A stretch of 64,000 nucleotides of DNA. It comes from Paraphysomonas bandaiensis (Eukaryota > Protista > Chrysophyceae). The stretch spans positions 1 through 64,000 of the forward strand of contig CBFFRP010000159.1 in the NCBI GenBank assembly GCA_965644295.1. Reading direction: 5' to 3'. The notes below the pieces were generated by a model. That model saw only the letters and a list, made by a program, of their open reading frames with translations, made no database searches and was not told the DNA's origin. Position numbers and translations under genes: made by a program. Shown one piece after another: positions 37,041 to 49,352 of the stretch (position 1 is its first letter; each line of letters starts with the position of its first letter).

Positions 37041-37529
37041 TAAATATTGATGTATGTTATTAACTTGCTAGTATAATATAACAATGAAATATGCAAACCT
37101 CTACACCAGTGTCGTAGGACCCCTAGCACTTATTACTTCTTTACATTTACCTCTCAAATGTGGAATATGTGAATATCACACTCCATACTCCTAATATAGA
37201 ATATAGAGTTGTATTTGTGAAGATAAATACTTCTCACAGGTTTGAATTCAGTAACTAAAAAGTCGTACATACAGATTTTTGTCCAGCTTTTTATCACTGA
37301 AATTGCTTCACTACTCAAGGAAATCAATAATCAATATTAGTAATTAGTAAGGGTGAACATATTTGAAAAAGTTGCAGTGAAATTAATCACTATAGTGTGG
37401 CGCTCTTTAAAGATATAGTAAGCACTATGTAATATATACAGAGGACACTCTGTGTTTAGTACGACGAAGAGTTATCCATAACGAGAAGATACGAATTAAT
37501 ACGTAAAATACCACTTAATATTACAATAG

Positions 37530-39257
37530 CTATGTAGGTGTACCGATAGAGTTCTTTGTTTTAGATAAGTAATGAGCATTCTGATACTGACTTATCACAA
37601 CAGCTATAGATATTTGTTTTTCTTTCGCACACAGTTGTCCCCTAAGGTGTTCAGGAAGCTGGCTGTGCCTTCTGAAGGACAACATTGACAAAACATTATT
37701 GGCAATGATGTCTGCAGGGTCGCTAAATGGTTGTGAACAACGAGGGCTATGATTATGTACATGACTTCGATCTATAGCCGCATTGATCACAGAAGAAATG
37801 GAAAGGGAGACTTCATTACCATCTGGTAGAACAGCACGTACAACTTCAGCACCCGGGATATACTCAACTACTGTCCGCTCAGAAGGGAAGACTCCTCTAA
37901 CTCGTCCATCGGCCAAGAGAGTGAGACAGTCTCCAGAAGCTGTGCGATGCGTCGCCACTACTAGGGGTCGCGGGGCACTACGCGGATCACCAGTTGATGA
38001 ATATGACACAGGACATACACTACGCGGTAGCAAAGGAGAGGTGTAACCCGCGACAGGAGATGGACGAGTCGTAGAGAAACTAGGGGGTGCTGCCGGCAAC
38101 CTGTACAACCCGAGAGGTAACCGAAACTTATCTACACAACCCGTAAGAATAGGATGTAGCCCGCAGATATGGGTCCTCAAATTCTCTAAGTGTACCACAT
38201 GCTTTCGCAGCAATAACATCCTCTCTAGAGGAGCTTTTGATCCCGTAATATCCTCTGTGACCTCCACAGGAGCCTCGAAGACAGATAGATGGAGAGTATT
38301 CTCGGTCACAGAGGTTGAGTGTGGATGAATACACTCGTATCGCACATAGCAATGCCTCAACGATATCATCTGGGCACTCACCCAATCATTCTTGCTCCAA
38401 TCATGATAGTCTATCCAGGCCTCAACTTCAACTTCTTTGTAGGGGTCCGAGAGAAAACCACCGCAGGCACCAGAATACGTATATATCATATTATCTATCC
38501 TCTCAACAACTACTAAATCGCAGGTGGGGAAATATTCTGGGTCTGAAAGGAGATGAAGCTCTTCGGAAAGTCGCTGAAAGTCAGTGAGTGCGCTGGTTGA
38601 GTGGCGAGCTCCACAGGGGTTCGACCGTATATGGTTAGTTATCACGTGACGAGTTTTTCGACCCGATGTAGATGGTTCTTCAGAATCCGCAGTACATTCA
38701 GTATTTCGCTGCAGCAATTGCAGTAACTCTTTAACATCAGAGGGGCATCTCTGTATGGGATAGTATATATTTTGTACGGTGACATATGTATCCTTGTAGT
38801 CGTCCCGTCCAGTTATATTCTCTGGATGGTACAAAACAGGGCCAGAGTATCGCACCCGCCTCTGGAACGGACAGACTGATATACAGCAGGTTCCATCTGA
38901 CGACATAAATTTTTTCCACTGGCCAGAGGGTTGAATAGCGAGATCGGATAGTTTCCACTCCGTAACCTTCTCATCGCAGTACAGATCACTGCCGAAGTAA
39001 ACGGGCACACAGTATGGGCGCAGATGACTAACAGAGTTTCGAAATAGCAAAGTCTCTTTAACAATTGTGCGGAATTTGCTGGGTACAAATCGTGTCAGGT
39101 GCGTTTCTGAACTGCAACCGAAAGAGATTAGTGCGAAATCTGCTTCAGCACTCAACAGCACAGTGACTGTGTTGCCATACGTCTCACACTTAAAAATACC
39201 ACATGTTACTCCAGACGACACTAGCAGAAACCGCTGATGCTGATATTTATCCATCAC
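37530..39257 (-). CDS. Uncharacterised protein, C5orf34-like; start uncertain
   Basis: TRFVPSKFR..LLFRN..PY and DGRVRGVF..RTVV..LPDG resemble C5orf34 blocks (recalled, not searched). Confidence 0.55.
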   Translation of the reverse strand: MMDKYQHQRFLLVSSGVTCGIFKCETYGNTVTVLLSAEADFALISFGCSSETHLTRFVPSKFRTIVKETLLFRNSVSHLRPYCVPVYFGSDLYCDEKVTEWKLSDLAIQPSGQWKKFMSSDGTCCISVCPFQRRVRYSGPVLYHPENITGRDDYKDTYVTVQNIYYPIQRCPSDVKELLQLLQRNTECTADSEEPSTSGRKTRHVITNHIRSNPCGARHSTSALTDFQRLSEELHLLSDPEYFPTCDLVVVERIDNMIYTYSGACGGFLSDPYKEVEVEAWIDYHDWSKNDWVSAQMISLRHCYVRYECIHPHSTSVTENTLHLSVFEAPVEVTEDITGSKAPLERMLLLRKHVVHLENLRTHICGLHPILTGCVDKFRLPLGLYRLPAAPPSFSTTRPSPVAGYTSPLLPRSVCPVSYSSTGDPRSAPRPLVVATHRTASGDCLTLLADGRVRGVFPSERTVVEYIPGAEVVRAVLPDGNEVSLSISSVINAAIDRSHVHNHSPRCSQPFSDPADIIANNVLSMLSFRRHSQLPEHLRGQLCAKEKQISIAVVISQYQNAHYLSKTKNSIGTPT

Positions 39258-39916
39258 ACAACTGTCAAGATATCCGCCGTAGCTCTTATCGACAGAGAGT
39301 GACGGTGCTCGTATACTGTGTAACGTCTTATCCTAGTAATTTAAATAATAATCCAAGCACAACTGAATGCATCGAGGTGTTATCGTTTCATTGGGCCCAT
39401 CGAGCTGGAGCAGTGAAGCCTGTGCACTGCTGTGGTAGCTAGAGTATATTTAACTTTCAAAACGATGTTTGATTTTGGCATGTGAACAGAGGAATCCGTA
39501 GCCGGTATATTTTGAATGTAGCCCGTGTTTGTAATTTCGAATTCTTTTATGTGCAGAATGTTGATGTTGTAGTTGTGACGAGTGACGTAGAAATTCCAAG
39601 TGAAATTATATAATTCACACTGCTGCTGCTTCCTACATACACTATGGACATCCCAGCACTGAAAAAATCTTTTTTGGACTTTTATCCCCTCAAGATTTCT
39701 AGAAATCAGTACAAGAACAAGATTTAATTGGTGAGAGCTTTTTTTCTCCTCTGACGACAGTGAAAGGTGTGGATGCGTGTGTTATCTGTATCTAAGGCAG
39801 TGCCCTGCCCGACACTATTCCCATGAGATTAGTACAACTCCGTCATATAGTATAGGTGTGTTGCTGAGCGACTAGTCGGTAACCAGGTAGTTGGTTACGA
39901 GACAGTGCAAGCCTCT

Positions 39917-41186
39917 ATGGAGATGGCTAACTTTTGTAGTGGTCGCCCTGAGGACACCAATCTCATCATTCAAGTGTTGAGTGAAGTGTTAACTCGGCTA
40001 ATTGATGTGAACCTAAAGGTATGTCACTTATCACTCTCCTGTATTCCTCTGAGTGTGAATGTGTGTTATCAGTCGAATGCTCGACAGCAATTCAGTACGA
40101 AGTTTCAGTCCTCTTATGCTCCAGGCATATCTATATATGGATATCTGGAGAGGTATGACGCCCTGTTGTTAACAGTGTTTTGTTGATGTAATATATATAG
40201 GATTAGTAAATATGCGAAATGTAGTGCAAATTGCTTCATCGTAGCACTTATCTACATTGATCGATTGATTGAAACGCGGAGTATTGTATTGAGTTCTCTC
40301 AATGTCCATCGGATTCTAATTACGAGCATCCTTCTATCCACAAAAGTGTTTGAAGATGAGTTTTATAAGAATGCCTACTATGCCAAATTAGGTGGAATCT
40401 CGACGCAGGAAATTAATTCACTTGAGCTAGAATTTCTCTCAATGGTATGTGATTTGAAATATTTGCCCAATTGCATATGAATAATCAATATTTGATACAC
40501 AGGTCAACTTCAATATGTGTGTTTCGACCGATACTTTCAAAATGTATCAGCAGGAATTACAATGCTTTTTATCAAAACCTGTACCTCAACCTATTCCTGT
40601 TGGAGCTACTTTCTATTCGTCTCCGCAGCAATTATCTGTCGACGTGAATTCTCCCACCATGTCTGTTAGTTCACCTCAACCCGTGGTGCCATCACAAAAT
40701 ACTTCTTCGGAAACATTGAGGAAACCATCTCCAGTGGAACCTGGTAGCTGTTTTGTTGCTCTTCACGTCCAACAGCCTTCACAAGGGCTGTATTCTGCTT
40801 CCACTCCAGCCTTTATGTCTCCTTACGTGGATGATCATAATATGCAGATATCTTACGCTTCTCCTCACCAATATTCCGGCTTCCCGTATCAGCACCAAGG
40901 ACACATATTGGGTGGTGGGATTCCTGTGTCGATGGCTGAAGAAAATCTGACACCACAATGGCGTATGCTTGCCGGCCCGTATGCATCATCTCAACCTCAT
41001 GCTAGTTGTTATTTCCCTCCCCACTGTGGATACTTCACTCCGACCCCTTTCGTATATGAACCCAGGGTACAGCATATCTGGCTTCAACAAGAGAAGTCCA
41101 GTGAATACTACCCAGTCAATTTTGGTACCAGTAACTGCCAGGTTTTAGCCCACCACGCTGCGGGTGTTTATTCTATAGCTGCATAG
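39917..41186 (+). CDS. Cyclin P/U (PHO80-like), 4 exons, low-complexity C-terminus
   Basis: PGISIYGYLER|ISKYAKCS..ALIYIDRL..LNVHRILITS..KVFEDEFYKNAYYAKLGGI..EINSLELEFL. Confidence 0.92.
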
Positions 41187-41810
41187 GCACCATATCTATT
41201 CTCTGTTTTTTGTTTTCTATCTACCACCGATTTCAGAATTTTCTTCCACTTGATAGCGGCAAAGTTCTTTTTGTTTCGTTCGATTATTCGTTCAAAGACT
41301 ACTTGGACTGTGAAATGTCCTGTGATACTAGTGCAGCGACGTACACTGCGGCACACGCCTTTTCCGCTTTCCAGGCAACGGTGATATTTTACTCTCAGCT
41401 GATCATATAATATAACACAAGCATTAGTATGCCATCAGTTTATTCTCACATTATGTTATCGAAAAGGATTTTAAACTTTCCCGATGGATCAGTCATTGTG
41501 CTTCTAATTACCGATGGTTGGTGTAGCAGGCACGCACCAAAGAGAGGTGTTTGAGGAACACGAAAAAGTTAATATATTTTTATTAATAACCAACGCTTAT
41601 TGTGAGCAAGATAAAACATTTTATTTTATATATTTAATGGAACACGTTTCACTTTTAGAATAAGTCCAAGTCGTGTTACTACCTACTACGTAGATAGACA
41701 AAATATTTTTAAAGAGCATGTTAATAGATTAGACTTGGTTTTCTTACTTAGCAGTTCCGATATATAGTCATGTGTTATGGTGCTGATGTGAAAACTCGTT
41801 CCTATTTCAA

Positions 41811-42840
41811 CAGAGCTGCGTATCAATTAATTGTCTATTATAGAAATTGCACTAATTGAAATTGGGACATCGATTCCTAATTGCAATTATAATTGACTCC
41901 AGCTTGCTTCAATTAATTGCTAATTAATTGCAATCAATTGATAATAAAAACCCCACCTTTTTATGCTAAAAAGTTGTTAAAAAACGGCATTTTGAGTGAA
42001 AAATCCAATTTTTAGGATAAAAATCGAAGATTGATGAAAGACTATAATATCCACAGGATTATCTTAATTAATTAATTAATTAGCATTAGGAGCGACAAAC
42101 TAGCACCTGAAGTCGTTGCACGAGTGTTTCTTCAGAAAGTAAATGATAATAACAACGAAGAGGCTGCAATAGAGATTTGTCCTGCAGGAAAAGGGGCTCC
42201 AAATTTTCCGTGATTGATCGCTACTTGTTTCTATCTAATCACATGCGATCATTCGAGTTTGGTTCCGACGTGTTAATTCTAATGCCAAGTGAAAAGGAGC
42301 ATGCCAAGCTCGTGCAATACGGGAGGAATAGGAATTGTTTCAACTAGAGTCTTTACAATTGAATTACAGAAGTAAGGTTAACACCAGCTTGACCTCCACG
42401 ACATTTGTACATTGATTGACGAACTCTTCAAAATGCACCCGATTGCTGAGTGTCATCTGGGCGACAGTGCTGCTATTATTCATAACGCTGCTTTCGAAAA
42501 GACAGTCGTGAAGATTCCATGTGGCAGCGAAGCCGTAACTCGGACGGCAAAGGATCAAACTAAGAGTCTAGTTCCGAATGACGACGCAGCGCAAAGTTTG
42601 ATTGATGGTAGCAGGCAGCGGAAGCGAGCAAGACTTAACCAGCAATCTCGTTACGGATGAAACACTTGCATAGCACAACCAATAAGGTTGAAAGGTTGTT
42701 CAGTAGAGCTACGATTGTTATGACGGGCTTGCGCAAGAGCTTGACTCCTCTCAACATTTAAGAGCTAATTATGTTTTTACGCATGAATCGTCGCCTCTGG
42801 AATGAAGTGACAGTTGAGGTAGCAATATTGACAGCTAGTG
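41811..42840 (+). mobile_element. Decayed hAT transposon: TIR-like end plus transposase C-terminal remnant
   Basis: CAGAGCTGCGTATCAATTAATTG at 41811. AAIIHNAAFEKTVVK, then after a frameshift TTNKVERLFSRA..LRKSLTP..*ELIMFLRMNRRLW (dimerisation motif with a stop). Confidence 0.75.
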
Positions 42841-42846
42841 TATTTT

Positions 42847-43366
42847 AGTACTACCCTCAACAAAGTCGGACTCGCACCTTTTCGTGGTGTTCTAGGGGAT
42901 AAGTACCGGAGTTATTATCTCGACGGTGTATTTCTCTGGGAAACTAATGTGAGCCGCAAACATAGTCAGCAGATATTCTTCTGCCCACTCATAGCCGAAT
43001 GCTTGTGTGGTACAAGGGACACCAATAAGTGTCACTTGTGTAGACGTCTTTGGGCCCTGACGAATAAACAGGTATCCGGGAATGGGTCCACCTCAAGGGC
43101 ATCCGGGACAGCCCTTAACCGGGGTATTGGGCTGCCTGCTGAAGTCAAGCATCCGGGATGTTCACCTTAAGAACTCCGAGCGGAAGTGGTCGCACCTTGG
43201 TGCTTGCGGCGACGCACAAGCAGCTTCCGTAGGATAATAGTAGGATAATAAAAGTGTGTACTGATTAGTTACAGGTAGAGGTCTAACTAGTTTGTCTAGC
43301 ATTCATCTAGCTACTATGTTAGTGCAGGTTTTTAACGCCTATTGCTAAATAAAAAGACTTTCAATA
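42847..43366 (+). mobile_element. Short element D (SINE/SIDE-like) with the B/C-family 3' tail; left boundary approximate
   Basis: 43180-43366 aligns with 30615-30801; the 5' part recurs at 9432-9528; no convincing TSD. Confidence 0.65.
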
Positions 43367-43633
43367 TACGCGGAGTTGTAATTGTTCATTGAATTATTAT
43401 CTAGCATCAAGCGGAAAAACATTACCACAAAAAAGGCATCAAGTACAAAACTGGGCAGATTTTTTTCATCAATTATATATACTGATAACAGTCTGACACG
43501 GCAGTCATAATTTTTATCAACTTCACGCACAGTTCTTCGTAATTCGAATGTTCGCATAGAATGCACAGATGTAGGAACAATAGGTGCGTTTTCATACACG
43601 CCAGTAAATATAAATTTTTTAACAAACGTGAAG

Positions 43634-44868
43634 TTATGCATGACCTGGGCTACCCTCCTCATTTTTTACAAGCTCATCGAGCTCGTTTTCCCACCCAATA
43701 AGTGCACATAAATTTCTGCAAGCGTCATCGCAATCCATCTGACATAGAACATCTCGGTAATTATCATCACAGTTAAATCTAAAGCCATTATCAGGGCCTA
43801 TCTTTGGAGGCCATTGGCTCCAATCATCTGCAACAACATGGAACAAAGGTATGAGCATGTCACACATAAAAACTACTACGAACCTTTGTCGCCAGAATAC
43901 AAGTGGACAGCCTCACGATTCATAAGCACCCTTGGTACTAACCAATGGACGTCATCTACAAGACCCGACACAGGGGCCACACATAGTGATGTTCCCAATA
44001 CCAAAAGTAGATCACAGGCACAAGAGATATCATCACTTTCATTGATGCGTTCACCTGGGGAGAGCGATGCTGGAGAAGGTGATATGGAGGTGTTTGCCAC
44101 CCCAAGAGAAGCCGCATCGCTTGTATGCTTATCGCAGAAAACCCCCCGAGAATTGTCTGGCAGTAAAGTTGTTTCTTCCTCACAATCTTTGTGACAACAC
44201 TTAATAGAGAGTCTGGTAAAATCTGCAGCCCGGGTTCTGTAGAACCGAGGCGATAGGCGCTCCCCAAAGAATGTAATGGCGGGTTTACATAATCCACCAC
44301 AGACATCACATATTGTTTCCTGTCCGGCTATTATATCGGCACGAATTCTGTCGTTGTCTTGAGGTTCATTACAATCAACGCAATGTGACGACTGAAATCC
44401 ACCATGACACTGAATAACTTTGTCTTCACGTAGACCAGCGGAGAATTCGAGTCCATCAATATTCTGTGTGTACACTCGAAGAAGTATTCCTTTATCTTGC
44501 AATAATTTCAAGAAGTAATGTGTGGTGGTTGGTTTATATGTACCGGGCAAGAGTTCTTTCGCTAAACATATAAATGGTTTCGGATTCTCTCGAAAGTATT
44601 CGATATCAAACACACTCTCCGGAGACGGCAAGTTATACTTCTCTAGATTGTCGTATAATCCAGTGCCTTTTGTGCGGAAATCAGGTATCCCTGCAGCAAC
44701 ACTTATTCCAGCTCCACATAAACATATGATTCGCTTTATATTCCCGCTTCGAATAATATCAGCCACCTTTTCTAATGAGGGGGCCTCATTATCAGATAGA
44801 CCGAGAACACTGCGCCGGAGACACGGATCAATATCCTGAGGGGACTTTGCTGCAATTTTATTTCCCAT
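43634..44868 (-). CDS. Class I sirtuin (SIRT2/Hst2-like), 2 exons
   Basis: GAGISVAAGIPDFR, TQNIDGLE, HG..CVDC..CDVC..KPAITFFGE, GTSL, NRE; last exon NYRDV..DCDDAC..LIGWENEL. Confidence 0.93.
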
Positions 44869-45230
44869 ATAGATTTATAAATTGGGAGATGTATCAAAGG
44901 CTGATGTGTGGGATGATATGATTCTGCTTAATATAGATATGTATATGTATATGTATATGTATAGGTATATACATACATGTGTTGTGCGGTGGACGAAATA
45001 CAGGCAGCAGAAAGAAATTTCATTGTGGATGTTATGATGTTACGTATTCTGCATACTACAGTCTCTGTACTCCACAACTCTATCCAATTGAAATAAAAAA
45101 CTGAAAACGGTTCAAGATTCGTGAGATTGTTGTGGTTGAGTAGTACAGAAACAACATAATCTCATCTAGCCCTGCACTGAACTTAAGTTATATATTAGCT
45201 GTGGCAGTTTGGGATCATTGTGAGAGTAAA

Positions 45231-45775
45231 AGTAAGAAATCTATGAATATTGTGTTTGAAAATGCATTGATTGATTATTTTTCTATTTGTTGTAGTGAAA
45301 TTTGACCAGAATAAAACGTCCTCCAGAAGGAAAATGAGAAAGGCTCATTTCTCCGCCACTTCTGTCGAGCGCCGCGTTAGAATGAGCTGTGGACTCTCCA
45401 AGGAGTTGTTCCAGAAGCACAATGTGAGTTATGAAATCTTGTTTTCTTTATTTGTCTTATCGGTATGAACAGGTTCGCTCTTTGCCTGTCCGCAAGGATG
45501 ACGAGGTCATGGTCATGAGAGGAAAGCTCAAGGGACAGGAGGGTAAGGTCGTCGCCTGCTATCGTAAGAAGTATGTCATCCACGTCGAGAGATGCACTAG
45601 AGATAAGGTCAATGGTCAGACCGTTCACCGTGGTATTGACCCCTCCAACTGCGTCATCACTAAAATTAAGATGGATAAGTCCCGCAAAGCCATCCTTGAT
45701 CGCAAGAACCGCTCTGCTGAGGGCCGCACTGGAAATTCGGCTATGCAAGTAGAGAATATGGCCGGCGTTGATTAG
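45231..45775 (+). CDS. RPL26: 60S ribosomal protein L26 (uL24); exons 45231, 45296-45423, 45473-45775
   Basis: [48 protein letters not shown]. Confidence 0.96.
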
Positions 45776-46334
45776 ATGTAATAGCATGTTTGACGTAACC
45801 TGGCTCTCAACTCTTGGTACCAAATAGCCCACATGTAATTAACACTGCTTTCTTACAGCACAAATGGTGTAGCCATGTTGAACTAGTTTGTTATATTGAC
45901 CAATTGAAGGGAGGTTTGAATAGTTTAGTATATAATCACGTTACGTCTGTAGTCGAGGTCTCACTCTCGTAAACTCTACGATAACAGCACCCAAGTGTCC
46001 CACATGTAAGGACAGCATATTACTAGACTATTGGGTTATAATTGCAACTGACACACGAAACCAAATGAAAAACAAGCAAAATAACAACACACACTAATCG
46101 AACTGATATAAATGATCAGACATTTACGAGATACAATCCCCACCTTACTACGCCCTGCCTTACTGCTTACTATTCACCTATGACTAGAACGAATAGCAAC
46201 CGCAGGAGAATCTGCAAACTGACCTCCCATGAAACGTTGCGCGTATTAAAGTTGTATATATATGCACAATCCTAGATAAGTAATATCTGGTAGGAAAAAT
46301 TAACTTTTTTAGCGAAGTAGTTATTCCCACTGCG

Positions 46335-49044
46335 CAGGGCTGTGTATCAATTAATTGACAATTAATTGATGTAGGTTGTAGTCAATTAAAATTGCAATTA
46401 TAATTTGCTGTTTCAACTTGCTGTCTTTTGACCATTATGGTTGTTTAATATATGGTACGAATACAGAATATTTTACTCTGCTTATAGTTGTGTACTGCAG
46501 CTTCTTCTAACTTTGGGGAAAATAATATGCTTATGAATTTTTGTTTCTAGGTGAAGTATTTTCAATGCTGTTATAGAGTTTGTTATGTTGTTGCTCAGGA
46601 AACTATTTGCTAACTCCTATAGCATTAAGTTTGCCGCTGATAATCAATAAAGTTTCCACAAAGTAGCAGTAGAGTTGCATGAACATTGTTTAACATATTG
46701 TTTAGATTTTACTTAGTTCTATATATAACAGAAGTGCCAGTGCACTCTATTAATGGGATGCCATTAATGGCCCATTAATGATAGTCCAGTTCCCGGCAAT
46801 TAATGGTATTACTGAAAAATGTCCCGGCAATTATAACGGCATTACCATTAACGGTTACCAGGTCCTGCTCTACACTTAATCTTGACCTTTCTTAGTTAAA
46901 CACAATGTACTTACTAAAAAGAATTATAATTATAAATCTAAACACATAATCAATGGATCAATCTTTGATTGTTATTGTTTTTATCAACTTTACAGTGTAG
47001 TATGGTATTTTTTGATCAATCAATTACAAGTAATTGACAATTAATTGAAGCAAGCCGGAGTCATTACGATTTGATGTCCTAATTTCAATTTTCACTTATT
47101 GCAATTTCCATATAAATATGGTGTTACTAAGTTGTTACTAAGTGTGAATAGAAGTAAGTGTTACTAAGTAAGTGTTACTAAGTTGTTACTAAGTGTGAAT
47201 AGAAGTAAGTGTTACTAAGTGTCGAAAGGTTATGTAAGTAAAAGTTACGTTGTATCGAATGTTAGTTAATGGTAAAAATGAAACAAACTAAGACTAAGGA
47301 ACAGATAGCAAAAAATATTACTAAATAAGTAGAAACAAACGATGCAGGAAGCAGTGTTAAGTCAGCCGACGGAAATGAATTGGTTTCAGTGAGCTGGTCA
47401 TGATACCGTGATGTCTCCAGTTCGGCTGTTCGAGCTGCCACATGCTGCTGCTCGTTTAAAGTATCCATTCCCTTGCGGCGAATATTAGTAACGAATCATT
47501 TCATCCAGTGTATCTGGACAAGTAAGAGCATGCAATGTCTGATAGAAGGGATCAGGACTGCGGTCTTCCATGATCGAACACTCTGCAGGATCGTCAGGCA
47601 AGGGAGTAAAATCTTCCTCAAGCTCCAGAGCGCAAGTAAAACTCCAGGATTGTCAGGCAAGGGAGTTTTACTTGCGCTCTGGAGTATATTCTGGATACGA
47701 GTGTATGGATGGGAGTTCTATGAGCTCTACTGGGATGCCCTTCGCGCTAACGAGAACAAAAGCGTCGTTTTTCATCGTCTTGTCCAAAAAAATATACCGC
47801 AGAAGCCAATCAGAAATGGAGCATGCCAATAAAGAAGTGTCACTCCAGGCAACACTCACTGTGAGGACACGAATCTTAGTCGTGATGATAACTCTGACTT
47901 GATTGCAGTGAAGTTGTGATTGTGTAGTAATCGCAAATGCGGCTGACTAAAGTGTGACGTCGAACAGAACATTGAAGTATGGGCAGGCACTGGTATGTGA
48001 ACAGCGTTTTGGAACTCCAAGAAGCAGATAGGGATGGTTTGAGGGAACAAGATACCATCATCCAGCTGAAATCTTGATGTCGTGCTGCAGAAACCGCAAC
48101 TTCAATTTTGAAGTAGCGAATGCCACGCACTTAGATAGTGATGTCTTGGAATTCCAATAAGGCAACAATTCTGTGTGTGGGAATATAAGATCCAGCAGAA
48201 TATGTCGATCCAGCAAAAAAATCCAGGTTTTTTTGATGCATGCTGTTTTTTGACGAATATATTTCAGAGAAATAACGAAAAAAGGTCGATTTTTTTGCTG
48301 GATCGACATATTCCGCTGGATCGACTTATTCCCACAGAAGGAATTTGAGAGAGCGAATACACTGTGAATCGTGCCATTATTAACTGTGAGTTCGTATTGC
48401 AAGCTTCATCACTATGCGGGAGAGCTATTGTGAAGGTTTATGCCTCATTATCGACAAAATGAGCGTGACAAGTGGGTTCCCGTGACCTGTAGAAAAGCGG
48501 AGAGTGTATGTCTCGAGGTTATTGAAGACGACGCAAGCAAGCAGTATGCCTATTAGTATTGGAGGGGAGAAAAGCATTTGAAATGCGCAGTGAAAGTTCA
48601 GTCCGAGTACGTCGTTGATTCATGTGCTGATTTACAGCATGAAACCGTGTTTGAAATGGAAAAAGAAGACCATGCAGGTGAGGTAGTGGATATGCTCGAC
48701 TTACTGAGCAATGCTCTCAGTCGTGGTAAAAAGAGAAATAATGTATCAGAAATGGCTTTAAGCTCCAGAGACTCCCGGCTAGTGTCAGGTAATAAGTATT
48801 GGTACTAGAGACTAGAGTAGTAGAGTGTGTAGCTGGAGTACTATTGGTCTGTTGAGTAATAATCAGTTCATTCATTGGGGTACAGTTATTGCTTTTCTGT
48901 TACATGCGCAAGCAATAATGAGAACTAGATGGTGTACTGTAATGAACTATAAGATTAGGTGAAATTTAGCATATATCAAGATTTGTCGTTAATTTGCAGC
49001 AAACGCATGCATGTGTATGTGACAATTCATTGATACGCAGCCCT
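46335..49044. mobile_element. hAT-like non-autonomous element (same TIR family as 41811); right end split by a ~1.9-kb unclassified insertion
   Basis: CAGGGCTGTGTATCAATTAATTG at 46335. About 47010-47110 plus 49021-49044 together are the reverse complement of 41812-41950. No TSD seen. Confidence 0.55.
48167..48345. repeat. Small MITE-like inverted repeat
   Basis: Perfect 25-bp IR at 48199-48223 / 48288-48312 inside ~55-bp imperfect arms. Confidence 0.7.
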
Positions 49045-49352
49045 TTACAACATTCCTTTTCATCTAGACTGTTAGATTGAATATTAAATAGCGCCATTGT
49101 TATTACAAGAGTTTTTATGCGCTCAAATATCACGTTATGGATTATTGCTCCCTATCCCTGATCTACTTCCAGAGCTCACAAAACGGCGGTAGGCCATTCC
49201 TTTCTGTGTGAAAGAAATAAACCAAAGAAAGTAATTTAGTACTGTTCAGCGAGAAGTATAACTTCCCCACTGCTCCATTCAAGAGGAAAACTACCTATAT
49301 GTATACAACATCGAAAAATACCATTGAAATTCTAGTCGGACTTATTCCATCA

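Noticed and set aside
42904-43377. TACCGGAGTT / TACGCGGAGTT as TSD of element D
   Set aside because: Homology with 9432-9528 extends on both sides of the left copy, so it is internal to the element.
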